This document shows positions 29,179-36,726 of a stretch of DNA of 64,000 bases, one piece after another. Source of the stretch: Deltaproteobacteria bacterium (GTDB taxonomy: Bacteria > Myxococcota_A > Polyangia > Polyangiales > Houyiibacteriaceae); NCBI GenBank assembly GCA_034670305.1, contig JAXMNT010000001.1, positions 64,001-128,000 on the forward strand. Reading direction: 5' to 3'. The notes under the pieces were generated by a model. It was not told the DNA's origin and searched no databases. It saw only the letters and a list, made by a program, of their open reading frames with translations. Made by a program: the position numbers and the translations under genes. Numbering within the stretch: position 1 is the stretch's first letter; the number at the start of each line of letters is the position of its first letter.

Positions 29179-30083
29179 AGGGCCCTCTCGTCCTGATTCA
29201 TACCCGCCAACGCCTCTCGTCCCGCGGCGACGTCGCGGGAGAGCTGGGCACGCAGGGCATCGAGGCCATCGAACTTCTGTTCGCCGCGGAGCCGTGCCAC
29301 GAACGCGACCCTCAACTCGGTTCCATAGAGGTCGCCCTCGAAGTCGAGCAGGTGCACTTCCACGGAGCGACCCGCCTCGAAGGTCGGCCGCACCCCGAGG
29401 TTGGCAACGCCGCTGACGCGGGCTCCGGATTGGGTTTTGGTGAGCACCGCATACACACCGTCGCACGGCGCCGTGTCTGGGGTCGCCAAATTGGCGGTGG
29501 GAAAGCCGATCGTCCGCCCCCGTTGGTCGCCCTTCACCACGGTTCCCGTCACGTCGTGAAAGCGGGCGAGCAGCACACTCGCGGCCGCGACCTCCCCGGC
29601 TTCGATGTGGGCTCGGATCCTGGTGCTCGAGACCAGGTCGTCCCCATGGTGCACCGGGTCCACGATCAGGACATCGAACCCGTGCGCTTTCGCCAGTTCG
29701 CGCAGCACCTCGACGTCGCCTTCGCGGCCGGCGCCAAATCGAAAGTCGTCTCCCACGACCACGGTGTGGGCGCGGTGTTCGTCGACCAGGATCTTGGAGA
29801 CGAACGCCTCGGGGCTCTGCTGGGCGAACGATTCGTCGAATGTCCGAATGTCCACTTGGTCGATCCCGCACCTGCGCAGCAGGTCTGCGCGCCGCGCCGG
29901 CGAAGTCAGCAGACGGGGGGCGCGGTCGGGCGCCATGACAGCGGTCGGGTGGGGGTCGAAGAACATGGCGACCGAGCGCGGCGCCGAACCGGCTCGGTCG
30001 CGGGCGCTCAGTGCGGCGTGCACGAGCGCACGGTGGCCGAGATGGACTCCGTCGAAGTTGCCGAGGGTGACTGCGGACCGCAT
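29169..30083 (-). CDS. ribF: Bifunctional riboflavin kinase/FAD synthetase
   Basis: [43 protein letters not shown]. Confidence 0.96.
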   Translation of the reverse strand: MRSAVTLGNFDGVHLGHRALVHAALSARDRAGSAPRSVAMFFDPHPTAVMAPDRAPRLLTSPARRADLLRRCGIDQVDIRTFDESFAQQSPEAFVSKILVDEHRAHTVVVGDDFRFGAGREGDVEVLRELAKAHGFDVLIVDPVHHGDDLVSSTRIRAHIEAGEVAAASVLLARFHDVTGTVVKGDQRGRTIGFPTANLATPDTAPCDGVYAVLTKTQSGARVSGVANLGVRPTFEAGRSVEVHLLDFEGDLYGTELRVAFVARLRGEQKFDGLDALRAQLSRDVAAGREALAGMNQDERALWI

Positions 30084-30197
30084 CCGGTGCGCAGTGTCCC
30101 GGATTCAAGCGGAACCCTCAACGGTTCTTCACGGCGGCTGGGCCTCTGGCTGCAGCAACACGCGCAACTCGGGGCGCCGCGGGACGAAGACGGCCGC

Positions 30198-30557
30198 ATG
30201 GTTCGTCTCCTCGTGGTGGTTTGGGTGGTCGCTGGATGCGCGGGGAGCGCGCTTCCACGGGTTCGAGTGCAGGGTCGGCTGATGCGGGGGGCGCGCGCTT
30301 CGATGTCGACGGGCATGGCACGAGATCAACGCAGTTGGTCCGGCGCGCTTCTGGCCACCGCGGCCTGGTCGCCCACCCACGCACCGCGTTCGTTGCCCGA
30401 ACCCATCCGACTGCCCGCGCGCACGTTGGCGCGCAGCCGACTCGGGTGTCGGAGCCCGTCGTTGTGCGTCTGGGAGGGGCGTGCGGTGCGTACTGCGCTC
30501 GACCGCTACACCCGGAGCTCCGAGCAGGGCGCATCGAACCGGAGGGCGGACCGATGA
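30198..30557 (+). CDS. Hypothetical small lipoprotein
   Basis: [14 protein letters not shown] signal; ATGA overlap with the next gene. Confidence 0.5.
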   Translation: MVRLLVVVWVVAGCAGSALPRVRVQGRLMRGARASMSTGMARDQRSWSGALLATAAWSPTHAPRSLPEPIRLPARTLARSRLGCRSPSLCVWEGRAVRTALDRYTRSSEQGASNRRADR

Positions 30558-31183
30558 GGGGTTCTTCGCGCGGGTGGGGTGCGCTCGCCGTCCTCGTCGG
30601 AGTGATGGCGAGCGTTCGAGGACTTGCGCAGCCACCGGTCGAGGAAGTGCCCGATCCGATCGACGCGGTGCGCATCGCGGAGGCCCTCGAGCGGTACGCA
30701 CTCGAGCCCCGGGTCGACGAACTGCTCGCTGCGCTCGACGACCACCCTGGACTCGACCTGCGCGCCGCTCGAAGACTCGCCCGTCGTTCGAGGCGGGGAG
30801 GGTGGTTGCCCCAGGTGCGGCTCGGCGTGCGTCGCGGCCAACAACGCGACCTGACGACGCAGCTCGTCGACGAAGACTCGACGCGGCTCTCGGCCGACGA
30901 CGATCTGACGCTCGAAGCCACCCTCACCCTCAGACTCGACCGCGCCGCCTACGGAGAAGACGAACTCTCCACGCTGCGCGAAGTCCGTCAGCGCGCGGTG
31001 CTCCGAGACGACCGCGCTCAGCTGCTCATCGCGTTCTACTTCGAGCGCCGCCGCCTCCAGCTGGAACGCGACTTACTCGACCAACACGACGTCGCCACCG
31101 AGCTGCGCATCCACGAACTGCAGGCGATGCTCGACGCCCTCACCCGAGGCGCCTTCACCAGAATCCAACAACGCCGCCACTAG
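30554..31183 (+). CDS. Hypothetical secreted protein (helical with a beta hairpin, remotely OM-efflux-like)
   Basis: Signal peptide; [10 protein letters not shown]...LTLRLDR...YFERRRLQ...LDALT.GAF. Confidence 0.7.
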   Translation: MRGSSRGWGALAVLVGVMASVRGLAQPPVEEVPDPIDAVRIAEALERYALEPRVDELLAALDDHPGLDLRAARRLARRSRRGGWLPQVRLGVRRGQQRDLTTQLVDEDSTRLSADDDLTLEATLTLRLDRAAYGEDELSTLREVRQRAVLRDDRAQLLIAFYFERRRLQLERDLLDQHDVATELRIHELQAMLDALTRGAFTRIQQRRH

Positions 31184-31273
31184 CAGGTCGCTGAAAAGCG
31201 ACCTGCTCCCTTGCCGTTGCCCTTGCCCGTGCCCTTGCCCGCGTCGTGGACGCCGTGTGTTTCGCGACGGCGA

Positions 31274-31599
31274 GGCCGCGAATCGGAGCCCGATGCCCGG
31301 GGCTCCGCGATCGGGGTCGTCTCCTGGCTCGAAATCACGGACCGTCGGGCCGAGGCATCGAGGCCCGATATTCGACGCGGCGCAGCCGAGCGAAGCGAGC
31401 AAGCCGTGTCACCGAGACGGGGTTTGGGGGCTGTGCCCCCAAGAATATTCGACAGCGTGCAGCCTCGCGAAGCGAGCCAGCGGCGTCACCGGGACGGGGT
31501 TTGGGGGCTGTGCCCCCAAGAAACATCGAACGGGCTCTCGCCCACCTTGAGCAGGTCGTCGCGACACTCGTCGCGCTGATCAAGCGATCTGACCGCTGA
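31274..31599 (+). pseudogene. Remnant of a four-helix-bundle (TIGR02436/23S-IVP/Avd-like) gene
   Basis: GRESEPDARGSAIGVVSWLEITDRRAEASRPDI | insertion | IERALAHLEQVVATLVALIKRSDR* resembles the family C-terminal half (GR...ARGSAxE...LxxxxxxLxxL). Confidence 0.5.
31368..31521 (+). repeat. Two tandem 77-bp units with GCGAAGC and GGGGTTTGGGGGCTGTGCCCCCAA hairpins
   Basis: Units start ATATTCGAC at 31368 and 31445. Confidence 0.9.
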
Positions 31600-31681
31600 T
31601 GCGCGGGCAAGGGCAAAGGCAAGGGCAGGGGCAAGGGGCAGGCTGCGAGAACGCCCTGCGGGCGTTCTTCAGCAGCCTGCA

Positions 31682-32239
31682 TAGGGCCGCCAGTCTCGCG
31701 AAGCGAGCCAGGCCCGAACAGCGCCCACGAGTCAGGCGACTCGCTGACGTGCACCTGCGCAGGCCGAAGGCCGAGCAACTGGTGCACTCCCCCCAAGTGC
31801 GTCGTAGAGGTGGCAGGAGTGCATCGACCGCGCGCAGCCGCCAAGTGCCCCGGATGAATCTTCAGTGATGGCCACACCAGGCGGCGAGCACGTCGATGTG
31901 CCCAGGTGGGGAGGAGGCTGCAGGCCGGAGGGGGAACCCTTCCCCCTCAGAAACAACGGACGCCGAATTAGGGCCGCCAGTCGAGCGAAGCGAGCCAGGC
32001 CTCGCCCAGCGCCTGCGAGTCAGGCGGCTCCGGCCGTGCACCTGCGCAGGCCGAAGGCCGAGCAACTGGTGCACTCCCCAAGTGCGTCGTAGAGGTGGCA
32101 GGAGTGCATCGACCGCGCGCAGCCGCCAAGTGCCCCGGATGAATCTTCAGTGATGGCCACACCAGGCGGCGAGCACGTCGATGTGCTCTGGACGCCGAAT
32201 TAGGGCCGCCAGTCTCGCGAAGCGAGCCAGGCCCGTAGT
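31682..32239 (+). repeat. Three REP-like repeats (31682, 31969, 32201) flanking two near-identical ~150-bp structured units
   Basis: 31749-31901 and 32036-32186 are identical except for a C6 versus C4 run. Confidence 0.9.
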
Positions 32240-32248
32240 GCCAATTAA

Positions 32249-34075
32249 CTAAGAACAGCAGGGGGCGGGAATCAGGAAGGGCAGGCAGTTCGGCAGGCCG
32301 TCGTCGGTGACGGTGGTGGCCGAGCCGCGGATGCCGAGGCCGCCTTCGAGGCTGGCCTCCGGACAGAGGGGCACGCCGCACAGATGTTGAACCGGTCCGC
32401 AACAACTCGCGCGGGCGGCTTCCGCTTCTTCGCCGTATTCGGAGAAGTCCCGGAACTCGATGTCCCGAATGCCCATGATCGCCGGGTCCGGCGCCTGGTC
32501 GCAGCCACTGCGCCCGTCGGTGCGACCGACCGGGCCGCCCGGGTTCGGGTCCTGCACCACGAAGAGCGACGCGTTGCCCTGCTCCGCGACTGGGTCGTCG
32601 ATTTGGCTCGGATCTCCGAGCGGGTTCGGCACGGTCCAGGCCTGACCAGAGAAGGTCCCTCCGGCGAGATCGCCACCGGTGCTCGAGAGCGCGGCGGGCA
32701 CTTGGCAGCGGCCATCGAGGCAGGTCGTGCCTCCGGTGCATTCCATGCCCATGTCGGTGCAGGCCACGAGTCCGCCGCCGACCGGCGCGCCGCCAGCGAC
32801 GCCGTGCAACACGTTGATGCCGTAGAGGCCGGCCGGAAGTTCCTGGCAGCTCACGGTGCTCGACTCATAGAACACCGTCGGGTTGCCCGGCGGGATGACC
32901 GGGATCTGGCAGCGGTCGTCCGCGCCGTTGGTCAGCATCACGGCCACGGGCGGGATCACCATCTCGATGTCCGGGTACCAGACGCGCTGCAGCAGTGTCG
33001 TCGTCACCCGAACGCTCGGAATGAGCAGGATGCGGGGCACGCCCGTCACGGTCTCCGCTTCGGAGCGGATGCGCTCCATGAGCATGATCGGGGTGAGCCA
33101 TCCGATGCCCTGCGCGCCGAGGATCGGGTGTGGGTCCTGGGCGCCGTCCCGGTTCGCGTCCACTTCTCGGACGTACCAGGCGTAGGAGAACGGGTTCGCG
33201 GTGTCGACGGAGAGCCCGCCCTGGCCCATGGCGGTGAGCAGCGCCGCGGTCTGAGGGTCGTCGGGGTTGCGGTCGTAGAGCACGAGCCTCGTGGGGGCGC
33301 CTTCGAAGAGTTGGCGTTCGGCTTCGACCGTGTCGGTGGTCGTCGGCAGCGTGCCCTCGGAAGACAGGGGCGTGGTCTCGATCTGGAAGATCGGGCGCTC
33401 GGTGGAGACGGGGAGTCCAAGCGTGACGGAGATGCCGCCGACCAGTTCGCCATCCGGACGCTCTTCGATGGCGCCAAAGTCGATCGGGAGAAAGCGGGTG
33501 ATCGGGGCGGTCGGATCCAGAATCGCGCCGCCGGCGATGTCGCCTGCGGTCGGGAGGTTGGAGACGCTGAAGAACGGATTGAAGTCCTCGTCGTAGTCGT
33601 AGAAACCGCGGATCTGATACTGCACCGGGCCGCCGACGCCGAGCGGCAACTCGGGCCAGGTGAACTCGGTCGACCGCGTGACGACCACGCGGCGCTCTTC
33701 GGGCGTCGGATCCTCGGGCATGCAGTCGTCGAGCGACGTGAACAGAAGCGAGCCGGGCACGGTGAGCAGGTTGAGCGCGGAGGTCGCGCCGCCTTCGGGT
33801 GCGGGCGGGTTGGCGTGGTTGAAGAGCGTGAGGACGACTCGGCCGATGACCCGTCCTTCTTCGCGGTCGCACTGGGGACGCGGACCGGCGTAGAGCACGG
33901 TGCCTTCGATGACGCCGGTGGGATCGGGGGAGGTGCCGCCCATGCTGCGGAAGTCGTCGGTGTCCGGGTCCCCGCATCCGGCCGCGCCTGCGAGCACCAA
34001 GCCGAGGAGCGATGCCGCCAGTGGGGCAACGCGAAGGGAGGCTCGAATGAAGGTATTGGAACTGTGCTGTTTCAT
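32249..34075 (-). CDS. Large lipoprotein of unknown function
   Basis: Lipobox AAGC; Pro/Gly-rich beta protein with Cys modules; starts 8 nt after the TonB-dependent receptor stop. Confidence 0.8.
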   Translation of the reverse strand: MKQHSSNTFIRASLRVAPLAASLLGLVLAGAAGCGDPDTDDFRSMGGTSPDPTGVIEGTVLYAGPRPQCDREEGRVIGRVVLTLFNHANPPAPEGGATSALNLLTVPGSLLFTSLDDCMPEDPTPEERRVVVTRSTEFTWPELPLGVGGPVQYQIRGFYDYDEDFNPFFSVSNLPTAGDIAGGAILDPTAPITRFLPIDFGAIEERPDGELVGGISVTLGLPVSTERPIFQIETTPLSSEGTLPTTTDTVEAERQLFEGAPTRLVLYDRNPDDPQTAALLTAMGQGGLSVDTANPFSYAWYVREVDANRDGAQDPHPILGAQGIGWLTPIMLMERIRSEAETVTGVPRILLIPSVRVTTTLLQRVWYPDIEMVIPPVAVMLTNGADDRCQIPVIPPGNPTVFYESSTVSCQELPAGLYGINVLHGVAGGAPVGGGLVACTDMGMECTGGTTCLDGRCQVPAALSSTGGDLAGGTFSGQAWTVPNPLGDPSQIDDPVAEQGNASLFVVQDPNPGGPVGRTDGRSGCDQAPDPAIMGIRDIEFRDFSEYGEEAEAARASCCGPVQHLCGVPLCPEASLEGGLGIRGSATTVTDDGLPNCLPFLIPAPCCS

Positions 34076-34083
34076 GTCGTGCC

Positions 34084-36726
34084 CTACTGGAAGTGGTAGC
34101 CCACCGTGGCCAGGACCCGCGTGCTCAGACGTTGAGCGTAGGGGTGCTGCCGAATCTTGTTGTTCGTGAGGTTGAAGACGCTCAGACCGAGCTCGACTCG
34201 GTCGTTCGCGATCCGCGTGCCGATGCGCGCGTTGATGAGGTAGTTCGCGGGCAGCTCGAACTCGGTGAACCGCACCCCTTCGATGGCGTCGAACTCCTGC
34301 TCGAGCCAGACCTGCGCACCGGCCCAGTGAAAGTCGACGCCGATGTCGAGCCCGAACGGTGCGCGGTACTGCACGCCGAGGTTGAACTTGTGCCGGCTCG
34401 TGCGTTCTTCGGAGCTGCGCAGCTGGCTGTTGGTCAGGAAGGTCTTGTTGAACGCGTAGTTCGCGTAGATGTCGAGACCGGTGACCGGGTAGATCCGGGT
34501 GGCGATCTCACCGCCCACGACATCGAACTCCGCCGGGTCGTTGGAGAACGTGATGGTGCCGAGGTCGTAGCTCGCGGTGCCCGGGTCGTAGCCGCCGCGG
34601 CCCGCGCCGAAGTCGCCGAGCGTGAACGGGGAGACCTGCGAGAGGATCACGAGATCGGTCACGTGGTTGTAGTAGGCGCTGAGCTCCGCATCGAAGTACT
34701 CGCTCTCCGCGAACCGGTAGCCGAACTCGGCGCTGAGGATGCTCTCGGGTTTCAGCCTCGGCGCATCGAGCAGGTTCGCGGCCGGCTCCGAGCCGAGCGC
34801 CGTGACACCGACACCGGCGAGCGGGGTCGGGTTGTTGAGGTTGATGTAGCTCTCGAGGAACGTCTGCGTCCGGAACGCGGTGCCGACCGACGCTCGGATC
34901 GACTGGCCTTCGGTGGGGCGCACGACCACGGCGCCACGCGGCGAGAAGACCGGGCCGTCGAGCAACGGGTGGAAGTCGAGCCGGAAGCTGCCGACGATGT
35001 GGAGCTTGTCGAAGATCGAGAGGGTGTCCTGGAAGAACACCGCGCCGTGGTTCTCGAACCGCTCTTGGTCGAGGTAGTCCCAGTCGATCTGCTTGCGCCG
35101 GTAGGACGCGCCGAGGTGCAGGTTGTGATCCACGAGGAAGTGGAACTCGCGCGCGAGCTCACCCTCGATGTCGTAGGTGTTCCACTCGAACCGCGCGTGG
35201 AGCGCGTCTCCGCCGCGCGCGGGCGCGGGCAAACCGACCACCGACGCGACCCGGTTCCAGAACATGCGAAGCGAACCCCAGCTGGTCGTCAGACCCGCCA
35301 TCGCGTGGGAGGTCGGGCCACTCGCGAGGAAGTCCCGCAGCGGGCCGGTGCCCTGGAAGTTCTGGGTGTTCTGGTTGAAGCCCGCCTGGGCGTAGGCTTC
35401 GACTTCAGGCGTGAGTCGGTACCGAAGCCCGCCGTTCAGATGCACGCCTTCGAGCGCGAGGTTCCGGTCCCGTGGGAACGTGAAGGTGTGGTCGACGCGG
35501 TCGTCGTCGACTTCGCGGGTGAATCGGTCTTGCCGGTTGTAGCCGGCCGCGACCCGGTAGCCGAGTCGGTCGACGCGCCCACTCGTGGACACGTGTCCGT
35601 GGATGCGCCCGCCGTTGCCGCCGCCGAGCACGACGTCGGTGCGGGGTTCGCCTGGCGCCCGGGTGATGATGTTGATGATGCCGCTGAATGCATCCGCGCC
35701 GTAGAGTGCGGACGCGGGTCCTCGAACCACTTCGATGCGTTCGACGTCTTCGGGGTTGAACGGAAGGATGGACCAGAGCGTGGCGCCGAGCGGATCGATG
35801 TAGACCGAGCGGCCATCGATGAGCACCAGGGTCCGCGGCGAGAGGCGCTGGTTGAACCCGCGGAAGCTGATCGACACGTCCGCCGGCGTCAGCGTCATGA
35901 CGTCGGCGCCCGGCACGCGCCGGATCAGTTCGCCGAGGTTGGTGTGACCCGAGAGCCGGATGTCCTGCCGGGTGATGTTGGTGGTCGCGTTGGGTGCGTC
36001 GAGCGGGCTCTGCGCAAAGCGCGAGGCGGACACGACCTGCTCTTCGTAGATGTCTTCTTCACGCTCTGCACCGAGTTCGAGCGCCGGCTCTTCTCCGATC
36101 TCGGGGGTGGTGTCGGGCGGGGCCTCGCCCACCTGCGTGACCTGAACCGGGGTGCTGCCGCCCTCCCGCAAGGTGCGGGCGACCTCGCGCAATCGGGTGG
36201 CCCGTTCTCGGAGCGAGTCGCTCTGGGTGGCCTCGGCGAGCGTCTCGATCTGGTTCGCGGACTCTTCGAGTGCGGCGATCTCCTCGGCGGTGGCGAGAGC
36301 CTCGATGGGCGGCGCGACCTCTGGTGTCACGGCCGGCGGCGGCGTCTCGGTCTGCTGGGTGGTCTCCACCCGCGCTTCGACCGCACGGATGATGTCCTGC
36401 ACTTCTTCTCGGTCGGGCGGGTCGCTCGCGAGGTAGCGCTCGAAGTACTCGAGCGCGTTCTCGTACTGCTGCGCATCGGCGTAGGCGCGCGCGATGTTGT
36501 ACAGGACGTTCGGGTGGGGGAGCGTTTCGTACGCGACTTGGAGCTCGGCGATGCCCTCGTCGAGCGAGCCGTCCTGGATGAGCTGCATGCCGTGTCGAAA
36601 GTGTCGGCGCGCTTCGGTCCGGACATCGGCCTGAGCGACCGAGCCACCGAGCGCGGCGAACAACAGGCCGAGCAGGAGTGTGGTGCGGGCGCGGGAAGGG
36701 GCGCGGCGTTTGGGGAGGTGTCGCAT
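34084..36726 (-). CDS. TonB-dependent receptor with N-terminal TPR domain
   Basis: Signal peptide, TPR (PNVLYNIARAY), EEQVVSASR, plug (RGFN...LIDGR...ERIEVVRGPASALYGADA), barrel ending YHFQ. Confidence 0.92.
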   Translation of the reverse strand: MRHLPKRRAPSRARTTLLLGLLFAALGGSVAQADVRTEARRHFRHGMQLIQDGSLDEGIAELQVAYETLPHPNVLYNIARAYADAQQYENALEYFERYLASDPPDREEVQDIIRAVEARVETTQQTETPPPAVTPEVAPPIEALATAEEIAALEESANQIETLAEATQSDSLRERATRLREVARTLREGGSTPVQVTQVGEAPPDTTPEIGEEPALELGAEREEDIYEEQVVSASRFAQSPLDAPNATTNITRQDIRLSGHTNLGELIRRVPGADVMTLTPADVSISFRGFNQRLSPRTLVLIDGRSVYIDPLGATLWSILPFNPEDVERIEVVRGPASALYGADAFSGIINIITRAPGEPRTDVVLGGGNGGRIHGHVSTSGRVDRLGYRVAAGYNRQDRFTREVDDDRVDHTFTFPRDRNLALEGVHLNGGLRYRLTPEVEAYAQAGFNQNTQNFQGTGPLRDFLASGPTSHAMAGLTTSWGSLRMFWNRVASVVGLPAPARGGDALHARFEWNTYDIEGELAREFHFLVDHNLHLGASYRRKQIDWDYLDQERFENHGAVFFQDTLSIFDKLHIVGSFRLDFHPLLDGPVFSPRGAVVVRPTEGQSIRASVGTAFRTQTFLESYINLNNPTPLAGVGVTALGSEPAANLLDAPRLKPESILSAEFGYRFAESEYFDAELSAYYNHVTDLVILSQVSPFTLGDFGAGRGGYDPGTASYDLGTITFSNDPAEFDVVGGEIATRIYPVTGLDIYANYAFNKTFLTNSQLRSSEERTSRHKFNLGVQYRAPFGLDIGVDFHWAGAQVWLEQEFDAIEGVRFTEFELPANYLINARIGTRIANDRVELGLSVFNLTNNKIRQHPYAQRLSTRVLATVGYHFQ

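Larger units (their letters stand above)
31180..31684 (+). mobile_element. Copy 2 (longest) of CTAG-hairpin/hexamer fold-back element
   Basis: Left end CTAGCAGGTCGCTGAAAAGCGACCTGC + (CCCTTG)n; right end (GGCAAG)n + hairpin ending TTCAGCAGCCTGCATAG; imperfect terminal inverted repeat GCAGG(TC/CT)GCTGAA. Confidence 0.7.

Noticed and set aside
31805-31830. AGAGGT..GGAGTGCATC resembles my recollection of the 5' end of the Myxococcus retron Mx162 msr RNA
   Set aside because: Short match recalled from memory and unverified; no reverse transcriptase gene or clear msd region in the window. An Rfam scan would settle it.
31682-32239. CRISPR-like repeat-spacer appearance (three ~38-bp repeats)
   Set aside because: The intervening segments are ~200-250 bp and nearly identical to each other, the same repeat is dispersed elsewhere, and no cas genes are present.
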